DNA of 64,000 bases from a bacterium (GTDB lineage Bacteria; Patescibacteriota; Saccharimonadia; Saccharimonadales; UBA4665), in assembly GCA_021800155.1 (NCBI GenBank), contig JAJYZG010000001.1, forward strand, positions 9,583 through 73,582, read 5' to 3'. The notes under the pieces are model-generated. The model ran no database searches and had not been told where the DNA came from. It saw only the letters and a list, made by a program, of their open reading frames with translations. Position 1 is the stretch's first letter. The number at the start of each line of letters is the position of its first letter. Below, piece after piece: positions 21,442-31,287 of this stretch. A program made the position numbers and the translations under genes.

Positions 21442-21806
21442 TACAGCAAGAAAGCCGGTTGGTAGTTGCAGACAATAGTGGCGCACGTGAGATATTGTGT
21501 ATCCGTGTACTAGGTGGTTCCAAACGACGTTATGCGCGGGTTGGAGATATAATTGTTGCAACAGTTAAAGATGCTAACCCGAACGGAACCGTAAAAAAGA
21601 AGAGTGTAGTTAAGGCAGTCGTGGTACGTACAACTGAGCAAATTCGTCGTAAGGACGGGTCTACAATCAAATTTGATGATAATGCAGCTATTTTAATCAG
21701 TGATGACAAAACACCGCGCGCAACCCGTATATTTGGTCCGGTTCCACGCGAATTACGCGATAAAGGTTACAACCGGATAATAAGTTTAGCTCCAGAGGTA
21801 TTATAG
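21438..21806 (+). CDS. rplN: 50S ribosomal protein L14
   Basis: [25 protein letters not shown]. Confidence 0.97.
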   Translation: MIQQESRLVVADNSGAREILCIRVLGGSKRRYARVGDIIVATVKDANPNGTVKKKSVVKAVVVRTTEQIRRKDGSTIKFDDNAAILISDDKTPRATRIFGPVPRELRDKGYNRIISLAPEVL

Positions 21807-22133
21807 ATGTCAGATAAATATAAAATACGACTGAATAAGGGTGACACCGTAATAGTCATTAGCGGTAAATATAAAGGCAAGACCGGAAAGGTCATTGCAA
21901 CTCATCCTTCAATGAACAAGGTGACGGTCGAAGGTATTAACGTTGTGAAACGTCATTTAAAACCGACTAAGCAATATCCTCAAGGCGGGATTATTGAGCA
22001 GACCCAACCAATTTACATATCCAAGATTGCAATATACGAACCGACACTCAAAACGGCAAGCCGGATTAAATACCAGCTGACCGTCGATGGCAAGAAACGA
22101 GTTTATGCAAAAAGCGGAAAGGATATAAAGTAA
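21807..22133 (+). CDS. rplX: 50S ribosomal protein L24
   Basis: KOW motif (KGDTVIVISGKYKGKTGKV). Confidence 0.94.
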   Translation: MSDKYKIRLNKGDTVIVISGKYKGKTGKVIATHPSMNKVTVEGINVVKRHLKPTKQYPQGGIIEQTQPIYISKIAIYEPTLKTASRIKYQLTVDGKKRVYAKSGKDIK

Positions 22134-22732
22134 TGCCTTCAGCTAAAGTTCAAACTAAACCGACAACTATATACCGACCGCGTTTACAGTCTCTCTATAT
22201 GGATAAAATTCGTTACGACTTAATGCGTCAGCTAAATCTGGATAATATAAACCAGGTGCCGCGGCTAGAAAAAGTAGTAATCAACACCGGGCTTGGAAAC
22301 GCAAAAGATGACAACAAAATAATGCAAACTGCGAATAACACTTTACGAAAAGTTACAGGCCAGCAGCCAGTTCCAACTACCGCAAAAAAGTCAATTGCAA
22401 CCTTTAAATTACGCGAGGGCAATAAAATCGGCCTGAAGGTAACTTTACGGGGCGCTAAAATGTACGAGTTTACCGATCGATTAATTTCAATTGTCTTGCC
22501 AAGGTTACGTGACTTTCATGGCGTTAAGACTATCTCCTTTGACAAGCAAGGCAATTATGCGTTAGGATTAACGGATCAAACTGTATTTCCGGAGTTATCA
22601 TTTGAAGAAACCAACCCGGCTCACGGAATGCAGGTTATTTTTGTGATAAAGGCAGAGGCGATCGAACATGCCCGGGCCTTATTAACTCAACTAGGTATGC
22701 CGTTCGAAAAGGAGAAAAAAACTAATGGCTAA
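22133..22732 (+). CDS. rplE: 50S ribosomal protein L5
   Basis: L5 blocks ([25 protein letters not shown]); operon order. Confidence 0.95.
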   Translation: MPSAKVQTKPTTIYRPRLQSLYMDKIRYDLMRQLNLDNINQVPRLEKVVINTGLGNAKDDNKIMQTANNTLRKVTGQQPVPTTAKKSIATFKLREGNKIGLKVTLRGAKMYEFTDRLISIVLPRLRDFHGVKTISFDKQGNYALGLTDQTVFPELSFEETNPAHGMQVIFVIKAEAIEHARALLTQLGMPFEKEKKTNG

Positions 22733-22994
22733 GAAATCAATTATAGCCCGTAATGAAAAGCGCAAAGCGATGATAGAACGCTATGCTGCTAAAAGGGCTG
22801 AACTTAAAGAACTCGGGGATTATGAAGGTTTAGTACGGCTTCCTCGCAACAGTTCCCCGACACGTTATAAGAACCGGTGCGTGGAATCCAAACGCTCACG
22901 TGGATATATGCGACAATTTGGATTAAGCAGGATTAGTTTTCGTGAACACGCCAGCCGCGGCGAAATACCCGGTGTAACGAAGTCGAGCTGGTAA
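22725..22994 (+). CDS. rpsN: 30S ribosomal protein S14, long zinc-independent (C-) type
   Basis: 89 aa, [10 protein letters not shown]..., C-terminal ...[11 protein letters not shown]. There is no CxxC pair. Confidence 0.94.
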   Translation: MAKKSIIARNEKRKAMIERYAAKRAELKELGDYEGLVRLPRNSSPTRYKNRCVESKRSRGYMRQFGLSRISFREHASRGEIPGVTKSSW

Positions 22995-23010
22995 GAATGG
23001 TTTTTAAACA

Positions 23011-23412
23011 ATGAGTCAAGTATCCACTGATCCGATCGCTGACATGCTGACCCGTATTCGAAATGCAATACGAGTCAACCAGTCTGAAATTAGTCTTCCA
23101 TACTCGAAAATTAAGTACGACTTGGCGACAATCTTATTGGAGTCTGATTTCATCGCCGAAATCCATGTTGAGGGAGAAGGTACGAACAAAAGATTGCAAC
23201 TCCTACTGGCAAAGAAAGGACGCAACTCACTTATCACCGAAATTCAGCGGTTAAGTAAGCCTGGCCGCCGATCCTATACCAAAGCCAAAGAAATTCCAGT
23301 AATCAAGAATGGACGCGGCATTGTCATAATCTCGACCAGTCGAGGCATTATGGCCGGAGGAAAAGCTAAACAGGAACAAATTGGTGGCGAGTTAATTTGT
23401 AGGGTTTATTAA
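23011..23412 (+). CDS. rpsH: 30S ribosomal protein S8
   Basis: DPIADMLTRIRNA signature. Confidence 0.96.
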   Translation: MSQVSTDPIADMLTRIRNAIRVNQSEISLPYSKIKYDLATILLESDFIAEIHVEGEGTNKRLQLLLAKKGRNSLITEIQRLSKPGRRSYTKAKEIPVIKNGRGIVIISTSRGIMAGGKAKQEQIGGELICRVY

Positions 23413-23414
23413 TT

Positions 23415-23954
23415 ATGAGCAGAGTAGGAAAACAGCCAATAACCATTCCTCAAAGTGTCAGTATTAGTGTTAAGGACAGGCAGCTGGAAGTAATCGGCGC
23501 TAAAGGTCGTTTAGTTCGGCCGGTGTTAAAAGGCTTATCAATCGACCAGCATGATAACCAAGTTTTAGTATCACGCGACAGTAACGAAGCTGCGGTAAGG
23601 AGTAATCACGGGTTAATGCGAACACTCATAGCTAATATGGTTGATGGCGTCAGCCAAGGATACAGCAAAAAACTCGAGGTTAACGGAGTCGGATACCGGG
23701 TGTCGATGCAGGGAAATACGTTAAAATTCAACTTGGGCTTTTCACACGATATAGAATTTGCACTGCCAGACGGGGTATCGGCTATTGTCGAACAAAACGT
23801 CATTACCATTAATGGCATAGACAAGCAACAAATCGGGCAAGTAGCCAGTAAAATTAGAGAATTACGTAAACCGGAACCTTATAAAGGTAAGGGTATCCGG
23901 TATTATGATGAGCATATAATCCGTAAAAGCGGAAAAAGTGGTAAGGAAAAATAA
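23415..23954 (+). CDS. rplF: 50S ribosomal protein L6
   Basis: MSRVGKQPI..., PEPYKGKGIRY. Confidence 0.96.
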   Translation: MSRVGKQPITIPQSVSISVKDRQLEVIGAKGRLVRPVLKGLSIDQHDNQVLVSRDSNEAAVRSNHGLMRTLIANMVDGVSQGYSKKLEVNGVGYRVSMQGNTLKFNLGFSHDIEFALPDGVSAIVEQNVITINGIDKQQIGQVASKIRELRKPEPYKGKGIRYYDEHIIRKSGKSGKEK

Positions 23955-24307
23955 TGGATCGTTTATTGCATAAAGTTAAGAATTCCCAATTACGGACAGC
24001 CCGCGTGCGATCTAAAATTCATGGCAGTAAAGATAAACCTAGACTGAGCGTGCATATATCATTGAAGCATGTGATCGCACAGCTAATTGATGACGATAGC
24101 CATACAACTTTGGTATACGTATCGTCTATCGATAGTAAAAATGTGACAACAATGACCGATAAGGCCGTGAAAGTCGGACAAACGCTAGCCAAAAATGCTC
24201 AAAAAATTGGGATTAAACATGTAGTAATGGATCGAGGCGGCAAACTGTACCACGGACGTATCAAGGCACTGGCGGATGCTGCGCGAGAACAAGGACTGGA
24301 GTTTTAG
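23954..24307 (+). CDS. rplR: 50S ribosomal protein L18
   Basis: RLSV..S.KH..AQLIDD..., DRGG..YHGR.KALADAARE.GL. Confidence 0.95.
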   Translation: MDRLLHKVKNSQLRTARVRSKIHGSKDKPRLSVHISLKHVIAQLIDDDSHTTLVYVSSIDSKNVTTMTDKAVKVGQTLAKNAQKIGIKHVVMDRGGKLYHGRIKALADAAREQGLEF

Positions 24308-24309
24308 TT

Positions 24310-24876
24310 ATGGCAAACAACGGGACAACCAGACCAAGACGTGGTGAAGTTGAGGGTGAAAAACAATATGATGAACGCACGTTGCACATAGATAGGGTAG
24401 CACGTGTCGTAAAAGGCGGTCGCCGATTCCGTTTTCGTGCACTTATAGCTGTTGGTGATCATAAAGCGAATGTCGGCATAGGCATTGCCAAGGGATCTGA
24501 TGTCACAGCAGCTGTTACTAAGGCTAGTGAAGTTGCCAAAAAGAATATAATTAAAGTTCCACTGTACAGAGGCACAATCCCGCACGAGAGTCAGGCAAAG
24601 GTTGGTGGCGCCAACATTCTACTTAAACCAGCCTCGCCAGGTACAGGTTTAATTGCTGGCGGCGTGGTCAGGAGCATTTTGGAAGTGGCAGGTATTAGTA
24701 ATGTTCTCAGCAAGTCACTTGGTTCATCCAATAAGGCCAATACGGCCTACGCAACAATTGCGGCGCTTGCACAACTTAAGCCGGCGAAAGACTGGGTTAC
24801 GCAGAAAAAAGCCATAAAACAGAATAAAACAGTTAGAGGCAACACTAAGAAAGTTAGTAATAGGCAGAATCAATGA
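24310..24876 (+). CDS. rpsE: 30S ribosomal protein S5 with a basic C-terminal tail
   Basis: RVVKGGRRFRFRAL..VGD..G.VG.G.GK signature. Confidence 0.95.
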   Translation: MANNGTTRPRRGEVEGEKQYDERTLHIDRVARVVKGGRRFRFRALIAVGDHKANVGIGIAKGSDVTAAVTKASEVAKKNIIKVPLYRGTIPHESQAKVGGANILLKPASPGTGLIAGGVVRSILEVAGISNVLSKSLGSSNKANTAYATIAALAQLKPAKDWVTQKKAIKQNKTVRGNTKKVSNRQNQ

Positions 24877-25346
24877 AATACAATGAGCTAACAATTAAAA
24901 AACATAAGTCAGCAAGGCGCGTAGGCAGAGGTATTGCTGCCGGTCAAGGTAAAACCGCAGGCAGAGGTACGAAAGGCCAGAAAGCCAGGGCGGGATGGAG
25001 TTTACGTGCAGGTTTCGCAGGCGGTCAAAACCCGCTCATGCAGCAACTACCCAAACTACCAGGCTTCAAGAGCTATAGATATAAGACGGTTAATGTATTT
25101 ACGGATCAGCTGCAGGCGCTAAAGGAAAACACGATTGATTCTGAGGTATTAACGAGAGCCGGGCTAATTAGCAACCCATACCTAAGGATTAAGCTCTTAA
25201 ACCGTGGTCAATTTAGCAAAAAGATAGTGGTTAAATTACCGGCAGCATCGGCTGCGGCAATCGCAACCATCGAGACCGCCGGTGGCACTTTTGAAAAAGT
25301 CGAGCGTACCGCTAGAACTGTGAAACTTAAAGGCGAATCCAAATAA
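24873..25346 (+). CDS. rplO: 50S ribosomal protein L15
   Basis: RVGRGIAAGQGKTAGRG.KGQ signature. Its start overlaps the rpsE stop (ATGA), so no L30 gene lies between them. Confidence 0.95.
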   Translation: MKYNELTIKKHKSARRVGRGIAAGQGKTAGRGTKGQKARAGWSLRAGFAGGQNPLMQQLPKLPGFKSYRYKTVNVFTDQLQALKENTIDSEVLTRAGLISNPYLRIKLLNRGQFSKKIVVKLPAASAAAIATIETAGGTFEKVERTARTVKLKGESK

Positions 25347-25436
25347 GATGCAGGAGTCTTTAGATTTTGATTGGGTTCTGCCATACTAATCTAAAGCGTA
25401 AAATTTCTATATAGAGGGACTTTACTTGGGGCTTTA

Positions 25437-26945
25437 ATGAACTGGAAAATAATCTGGCAGTCACTAAAACATCGGGATATGCAAAAACGGATACTTGCCG
25501 TGCTCGGTATTATTATAGTTTTCCGGATCCTGATCAATATACCAGTGCCTCTAGGTTCAGCGCAAAACCTTCATCAGGTATTAAACAACCTGTTTAACTC
25601 TAAAAATGCACCACAGTTCTTGAGTTTTCTTAATGTTTTGTCCGGAGGAGCGTTTGCTAGTTTTTCAATTATGCTGGCTGGAATGGGCCCGTACATTAAC
25701 GCCTCGATCATAATGCAGTTGTTGACAAAAGCTATTCCAAAGCTTGAAGAGCTACACAAAGAGGGAGAGTTTGGACAGAAGAAAATTAACCAATATACCC
25801 GAATCCTGACTTTTCCGTTAGCTATAGTGCAATCCATAGGCTCAATTTTTTTGATACGCACTGCTGCACAAAGTATAGGCGGGACTGGTAGTTTCTTAAA
25901 CCATACGTCATTATTGCAATGGGTTATCATGGTCGGTGCACTGACCGGCGGTTCCATGCTATTAATGTGGCTGGGCGAAATTATAACCGAGCAAGGGATC
26001 GGAAACGGAATATCGCTTATTATAACAGTAGGAATTGTAAGCCGCTTACCATCAAATATTTATGACATTGTCAATTCAGAATTAGGTACTAAAGACCGCT
26101 GGCGCTTATTCGGAAAAACGTTGCCAATGGATAACCGGGCCTTCTATTATTTGGCAGGTATTGTGTTAGGAACTATTGTATTAACCTGGATTGTAGTGAA
26201 GCTAAATGAAGCTGCACGTAATTTAACGGTTAATTATGCTAAACGTGTCCAGGGCAATCGGGCATACGGAGGTGTTACCACGACGCTCCCGGTCAAGCTT
26301 ATAACCGCCGGTGTGATACCTATAATCTTTGCAGTCGCATTCTTGAGCGTACCGAGTTTTGCCGGAAAATTATTAGAAAGTTCAAAGAGTCATCTATTAT
26401 CAACCATTGGGACAGATATGATTAACTGGTTTCAGACGCCATCTTCAACTACGTTTGCTACTGAACATTGGCAAGCTTATATCTATCCGGTAACGTATTT
26501 TGTACTTGTATTCGCATTTACGTACTTCTATACGAGTATAACGTTTAACTCAAAAGAAATTGCCGAGAATTTGCAAAAACAAGGAGGTTTTATCGAAGGT
26601 GTCAGAAGCGGCAAACAAACAGAAACATTTTTATCTAAAATTGTTAACCGGCTAACGCTATTTGGTGCAACCAGTTTAGGCATTCTCGCGCTTATTCCGA
26701 TAATCGCTCAAATTTTTATAAATCAGAATATTACCATCGGAGGAACGTCAATCCTGATTTTGGTATCCGTTGCGCTGCAAACGCTTAGAGCCGTTGAGTC
26801 ACGCGCCCTAATGGTAACCTACGACCAGTATAGCCAACCAGACTTTTTCTATGAGCCAGAAGTGCCACTAGATGCGGCAACCGGTGCAAGACGGCTTAAA
26901 TTCTTGCCCCGGCCTAATCTAAAAGGTAAGCGCAATAACGAATAA
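25437..26945 (+). CDS. secY: Preprotein translocase subunit SecY with a ~40-aa C-terminal extension
   Basis: 10-TM profile, SecY blocks (GMGPYINASIIMQLL, GEIITEQGIGNGISLII); operon position. Confidence 0.95.
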   Translation: MNWKIIWQSLKHRDMQKRILAVLGIIIVFRILINIPVPLGSAQNLHQVLNNLFNSKNAPQFLSFLNVLSGGAFASFSIMLAGMGPYINASIIMQLLTKAIPKLEELHKEGEFGQKKINQYTRILTFPLAIVQSIGSIFLIRTAAQSIGGTGSFLNHTSLLQWVIMVGALTGGSMLLMWLGEIITEQGIGNGISLIITVGIVSRLPSNIYDIVNSELGTKDRWRLFGKTLPMDNRAFYYLAGIVLGTIVLTWIVVKLNEAARNLTVNYAKRVQGNRAYGGVTTTLPVKLITAGVIPIIFAVAFLSVPSFAGKLLESSKSHLLSTIGTDMINWFQTPSSTTFATEHWQAYIYPVTYFVLVFAFTYFYTSITFNSKEIAENLQKQGGFIEGVRSGKQTETFLSKIVNRLTLFGATSLGILALIPIIAQIFINQNITIGGTSILILVSVALQTLRAVESRALMVTYDQYSQPDFFYEPEVPLDAATGARRLKFLPRPNLKGKRNNE

Positions 26946-27043
26946 ACGTTGTTTGGCTAAATTGTAAATATTCGTGTTACAATAATATTTAAGATAGAGC
27001 GGCAGTGAGAACCGTACCGCATTATGAAAATAGTGGAAAACTC

Positions 27044-27072
27044 TTTACAAAATCGCTGCCACTAGATATAAT
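27044..27072 (+). promoter_or_regulatory. Candidate promoter of infA-rpmJ-rpsM... (TTTACA-17-TATAAT)
   Basis: -35 at 27044..27049, a 17-nt spacer and a consensus -10 at 27067..27072, 18 nt before the infA ATG. Confidence 0.6.
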
Positions 27073-27090
27073 GGCGCGTTAGTTATAGGT

Positions 27091-27312
27091 ATGGCAGCCA
27101 ACAAGGAAGTAATCGAACTCAGCGGTACTATAGTTGAGACCTTGCCAGGTACTCAATTTAAGGTTGAGCTCGAAAACGGCCATCAAATTATAGCTCACGT
27201 CGCTGGTAAGATGAGAAAGCATTTTATCCGAATCGTACCAGGTGACAGCGTTACGGTCGAGTTGACACCTTACGATCTGACGAAGGGCAGAATCACGTAC
27301 CGCAAATCATAA
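27091..27312 (+). CDS. infA: Translation initiation factor IF-1
   Basis: S1-fold IF-1 sequence (F.V.LENGH...AH..GKMRK..IRI.PGD.V.VE..PYDL..GRI.YR). Confidence 0.97.
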   Translation: MAANKEVIELSGTIVETLPGTQFKVELENGHQIIAHVAGKMRKHFIRIVPGDSVTVELTPYDLTKGRITYRKS

Positions 27313-27359
27313 TTAATTTAATGGGCAGTGTGTCGGGCCTAAGGAGGCATTAGATCCGC

Positions 27360-27476
27360 ATGAAAGTGCGTGCCAGCGTCAAAAAAATTTCTCCAGACGA
27401 CATAATTGTACGTCGTAAGGGCAGAATATATGTAATAAACAAGCGCAAGCCTAGGCACAATCAGAGGCAGGGATAA
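27360..27476 (+). CDS. rpmJ: 50S ribosomal protein L36, cysteine-free (C-) form
   Basis: Not in the ORF track because it is 38 aa. It reads [38 protein letters not shown] with an AAGGAGG RBS 12 nt upstream. The classical Cys/His zinc ligands are replaced. Confidence 0.9.
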   Translation: MKVRASVKKISPDDIIVRRKGRIYVINKRKPRHNQRQG

Positions 27477-27478
27477 AA

Positions 27479-27865
27479 ATGGCGCGAATTTCTGGAGTGA
27501 CTCTACCGAACGAGAAACAAATATGGGTTGCCTTGACGTATATTTACGGTATTGGCCGAAAAACCAGCTACGATATTCTCGACAAAGCACAAGTTAACGC
27601 TACTACCCGAACGAAGAACCTAAACGATGCGGAAATTGCTCGAATCCAGGATGAAATTTCCGCCAACTACACTGTAGAGGGAGAGCTTCAACGAGTTATT
27701 AGTGGAAACATTAAGAGACTTAAGGATATTAAAAGCTATAGAGGATTACGTCATGGTATCAATTTGCCGACTCGCGGTCAGCGAACACGGACCAATGCGC
27801 GAACTCGTCGCGGACATAAGGTTACTGTCGCCGGAACGGCCAAAAAAGTAGCTGCTAAAACTTAG
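27479..27865 (+). CDS. rpsM: 30S ribosomal protein S13
   Basis: MARI.GV.LP..K......LTYIYGIG; YRG.RH...LP.RGQRT.TNART. Confidence 0.96.
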   Translation: MARISGVTLPNEKQIWVALTYIYGIGRKTSYDILDKAQVNATTRTKNLNDAEIARIQDEISANYTVEGELQRVISGNIKRLKDIKSYRGLRHGINLPTRGQRTRTNARTRRGHKVTVAGTAKKVAAKT

Positions 27866-27878
27866 GGACTTTAGATAT

Positions 27879-28334
27879 ATGACAGATACTCAACCCGATG
27901 AAATTAAAGATGAGACAGTAAAGCCAGAAGTTGGTGAAGCTACAGAAGAAGTTAATGTTCCGAAACGGCGTAAAAACAAACGCAGCGTGGCTAGCGGTCA
28001 GGCACATATACTTGCAACCTTTAATAACACCATCATTAGTATTAGTGATGCAAACGGTGCCGTACTGAGTTCATCGAGCGCTGGGGCCTGCGGTTTTCGG
28101 GGTAGCAAAAAGGGAACCGCCTACGCTGCTCAGGTTGCAACCGAGCGGGCAGTACAAGCCGCGAAACAACAATATGGCCTAAGTCGAATGAATGTATTTG
28201 TTAAAGGGATCGGCCTAGGACGCGATTCAGCGATTCGCTCGATTGCCCAAGCCGATATCAATGTCGAAACTATAACTGACATAACTGGAGTACCCCATGG
28301 TGGTGTTCGACCCAGGAAAGCGAGACGAGTGTAA
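27879..28334 (+). CDS. rpsK: 30S ribosomal protein S11 with an acidic N-terminal extension
   Basis: S11 core (GQAHILATFNNTIISISD, GFRGSKKGT.YAAQ), ~25 extra N-terminal residues. Confidence 0.94.
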   Translation: MTDTQPDEIKDETVKPEVGEATEEVNVPKRRKNKRSVASGQAHILATFNNTIISISDANGAVLSSSSAGACGFRGSKKGTAYAAQVATERAVQAAKQQYGLSRMNVFVKGIGLGRDSAIRSIAQADINVETITDITGVPHGGVRPRKARRV

Positions 28335-28335
28335 T

Positions 28336-28953
28336 ATGGCTAGAGATCTCGGTTCTATTGTCAAAATGAGTAGGCGTGAAGGCTATGCGCTGCACCCTAA
28401 GGCACATAAAGCACTGGTACGACGCCCCTCACCACCCGGACAACAAACTGTCATGGCTCGTCCGTCGAAACCAAGCCAATATGCCATGCAACTAAGGGAA
28501 AAGCAGAAAGTAAAGCGATTATACGGCTTGTTAGAGCGCCAGTTCAGTAAACTAATGGCTGAGGCTAACCGTAGCCAAGGACAATCAGGCGAAGTATTGC
28601 TACAGCTTCTTGAACTTAGAGCGGATAATGTCGTTTATCGAGGCGGGCTGGCGCCATCTCGTCGAGCCGCAAGACAACTGGTCACTCATGGACATTTTAT
28701 GCTTAACGGACGGCGCGTAGACATACCCTCAATCCGACTTAAGCCTGGCGATAAACTAAATCTACGTGGCCATTCGATTTCAAGTGACTACTACAAACGC
28801 ATTGATGAGACCAGTCCCGCTCCTAGTACCATTCCAAACTGGCTGAAAGTCAATCGTAAAAAGGGCGAAATAATAGTTGCGTCTATTCCGTCAAGAGATG
28901 ACGCCGAGCCGGACATTAATGAACAATTAGTTGTTGAATATTATTCACGTTAA
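28336..28953 (+). CDS. rpsD: 30S ribosomal protein S4
   Basis: I prefer the ATG at 28336 (MARDLGSIVK...), immediately after the rpsK stop. The track ORF start at 28297 would overlap rpsK. S4 domain present (RLDNVVYR-like LRADNVVYRGGLAPSRRAARQLV.HGH). Confidence 0.93.
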   Translation: MARDLGSIVKMSRREGYALHPKAHKALVRRPSPPGQQTVMARPSKPSQYAMQLREKQKVKRLYGLLERQFSKLMAEANRSQGQSGEVLLQLLELRADNVVYRGGLAPSRRAARQLVTHGHFMLNGRRVDIPSIRLKPGDKLNLRGHSISSDYYKRIDETSPAPSTIPNWLKVNRKKGEIIVASIPSRDDAEPDINEQLVVEYYSR

Positions 28954-28977
28954 TCAAGGAGGATAGGGAGTAAGCAC

Positions 28978-29931
28978 ATGTCAAACTTAATTCACACGCC
29001 AGGAGTGGTAAAAGTCGATGATCACGGCGCCAACTCGGTTACATTCACTATCGAACCGCTGCATAGCGGCTACGGAATGACATTGGGTAATTCATTACGG
29101 CGAGTACTATTGTCTAGTATTTCGGGAGCGGTCATTACCGCATTTAAAATAGAAGGTAACACGCACGAATTCTCGACCGTTAAGGGCGTAACAGAAGACG
29201 TCGTCGATATTATGATGAATCTGAAGGGGATTAGGTTTCGTGTTTACGGTGACGAGCAGCAAACACTTCGTTTGGTCAAACAAGGGAAAGGCAGTGTCAC
29301 AGCCAAGGATATTCAGCTAAATGCAGACGTAGAGGTAGTCAATCCCGAGCATCTAATTGCCACCATTGATGACGATAAAGCAAAGCTCATCATCGATATG
29401 ATCGTAGAAGTCGGTCGAGGCTATAGGACAATCGAAGAAGAGTCAACCAAAAAACCTAGCGATATGATTGCATTAGATGCGGTATTTAGTCCAGTTTTGC
29501 GGGTTCGATATAAGGTAGAAAATACTCGTGTTGGCCAGGTTACAGACCTGGATAAGCTGATTTTAACGGTTGACACTGATGGGAGTATCACGCCAACTGA
29601 TGCTTTTGAGGAAGCCGCTGCAATTCTTGTAAACCAGTACACCGCCCTAGCGGGCAAAACTCGAATCGCCGCAAGCCCAGTGTTAGAACATGACAGTCTG
29701 CAAAACGAATCGATAGAAAGCGACATCATCGGAGAAGAACTATCAGCTCTAAACACATCTATTGAGGATCTGAATCTGTCAGCCCGTACCACGAACGCTT
29801 TAATTAATAACGACATACATACGATAAAAGATTTGTTTAGCCTGAATGAAGCTGAGCTTAAAGACCTAAAAGGTTTTGGGAGTAAAGCACTTGACGAAGT
29901 CAAAGAAAAGATGGCAGAGTTAGAACTGTAA
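28978..29931 (+). CDS. rpoA: DNA-directed RNA polymerase subunit alpha
   Basis: NTD (GYGMTLGNSLRRVLLSS) and CTD (LNLSARTTNAL......I.DL). GGAGG-type RBS upstream. Confidence 0.96.
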   Translation: MSNLIHTPGVVKVDDHGANSVTFTIEPLHSGYGMTLGNSLRRVLLSSISGAVITAFKIEGNTHEFSTVKGVTEDVVDIMMNLKGIRFRVYGDEQQTLRLVKQGKGSVTAKDIQLNADVEVVNPEHLIATIDDDKAKLIIDMIVEVGRGYRTIEEESTKKPSDMIALDAVFSPVLRVRYKVENTRVGQVTDLDKLILTVDTDGSITPTDAFEEAAAILVNQYTALAGKTRIAASPVLEHDSLQNESIESDIIGEELSALNTSIEDLNLSARTTNALINNDIHTIKDLFSLNEAELKDLKGFGSKALDEVKEKMAELEL

Positions 29932-29947
29932 AAGGCGAGTAATACAT

Positions 29948-30370
29948 ATGCATCGACATGGATATCAAGGTAGAAAGCTACACCGCGAGAAAGATCAGCG
30001 GCTAGCTTTAATTAAAGGACTGGCTGAGTCATTGATCATCCATAGAAAAATCGAAACGACACTAGCTAAAGCCAAGGAAGTGTTGCCGTATACTGAGCAC
30101 TTAATCACTAAGGCAAAAGTAGGAGACTTACATCATCGTCGTCAGGTCATAGAGGGACTGCAGACACTTACTGCCGCCCACAAATTAGTTGACGAGATCG
30201 CACCTAAGCTCAAGCACCGCTCAAGTGGTTATTTGAGAATTAAAACTTCAGTCCGGCGTCGCGGTGACAATGCACAGCTTGCGACAATCGAATTTGTCGA
30301 TGACTTAGCTGACAAAACCGCTACCACCGTTCAACCTGAAAACGAACGCGTTAATGAACTAGGGGTTTAA
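29948..30370 (+). CDS. rplQ: 50S ribosomal protein L17
   Basis: MHRHG...KL.R....R.AL...L...LI.H..I.TT..KAKE. Confidence 0.94.
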   Translation: MHRHGYQGRKLHREKDQRLALIKGLAESLIIHRKIETTLAKAKEVLPYTEHLITKAKVGDLHHRRQVIEGLQTLTAAHKLVDEIAPKLKHRSSGYLRIKTSVRRRGDNAQLATIEFVDDLADKTATTVQPENERVNELGV

Positions 30371-30372
30371 AC

Positions 30373-30831
30373 ATGATTGCGAGAAAAACATATTCCGTGA
30401 AACCAGCAGAAATAGATCGCAAGTGGTACTTAATTGACGCCAGTAGTACTAATTTGGGTCAAGTTGCAACATCCGCAGCCAATCTATTAAGCGGTAAAGG
30501 CAAGCCACAATTTAGCCGTCACATTGACTGTGGCGATTTTGTAGTAGTTATTAGTGCAGCCAGCCTTAAGGTTAGTGGCAAAAAACTAACAGATAAACAC
30601 TACTATAAGCACAGTGGATATCCCGGTGGACTCAGAACCCGAACACTCGCGGAGCAGCTGCAATTAGACCCTACACAGGTGATTGAGCATGCCGTACGTG
30701 GTATGCTCCCGGACAATAAACTTAGGCAAGGGCGTCTTAGCAGACTTAAGGTATACCCGTCAGAGGATCATCCGCATGTGGCGCAAAAGCCTGAAATGCT
30801 CAATATAACCAAGCGAAAGGTTAATAAGTAA
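30373..30831 (+). CDS. rplM: 50S ribosomal protein L13
   Basis: W.LIDA....LG..A...A..L.GK.KP.F..H.D.GDFVVVI. Confidence 0.95.
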   Translation: MIARKTYSVKPAEIDRKWYLIDASSTNLGQVATSAANLLSGKGKPQFSRHIDCGDFVVVISAASLKVSGKKLTDKHYYKHSGYPGGLRTRTLAEQLQLDPTQVIEHAVRGMLPDNKLRQGRLSRLKVYPSEDHPHVAQKPEMLNITKRKVNK

Positions 30832-31250
30832 TGGCGCAGCTAAAGACCGACACCAGACAGCTACAGTATTACTACTCACTAGGGCGCAGAAAAAGTGCAA
30901 CAGCCAGAGTCAGATTAACTTTAGGGAAAGGTAATATAAGTATAAATGGCAAAACAGCTCAGGAATACTTTGACGGTAGTAAGTATCTACTTAAAAAACT
31001 CAGTGAGCCCTTTTTAGAAGTAGATCAACTCAACAAATATGACGTTATAGCCAAAGTCAGAGGCGGTGGTCATGATGGACAAATTGAAGCAATCCGCTTG
31101 GCGATAGCCAAAGCACTAGTAGTTTTTGATGGGAATTTAAAAGCGACGTTAAAAAAGGCAGATTTGCTGGGTCGTGACCCAAGAGAAAAAGAACGCAAGA
31201 AATTTGGTCTAAGAAGCGCCCGTAAGCAGCGGCAATTCACAAAACGATAA
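30831..31250 (+). CDS. rpsI: 30S ribosomal protein S9
   Basis: GRRK.A.ARV.L..G.G.I.ING...; GGG..GQ..A.R.AI..AL; C-terminal ...KQRQFTKR. Confidence 0.95.
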   Translation: MAQLKTDTRQLQYYYSLGRRKSATARVRLTLGKGNISINGKTAQEYFDGSKYLLKKLSEPFLEVDQLNKYDVIAKVRGGGHDGQIEAIRLAIAKALVVFDGNLKATLKKADLLGRDPREKERKKFGLRSARKQRQFTKR

Positions 31251-31287
31251 AATAGGCTATTTTGTTGTTATACTAGCGATAACAAGT

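Noticed and set aside
27339-27590. 83-aa minus-strand ORF between infA and rpsM.
   Set aside because: It is antisense to rpmJ (27360..27476) and the start of rpsM. The plus strand encodes an unmistakable L36 with an AAGGAGG RBS.
28297-28335. Upstream extension of rpsD (track start at 28297).
   Set aside because: It would overlap the last 38 nt of rpsK and add a non-conserved MVVFDPGKRDECN peptide. The ATG at 28336 gives the canonical MAR... S4 N-terminus.
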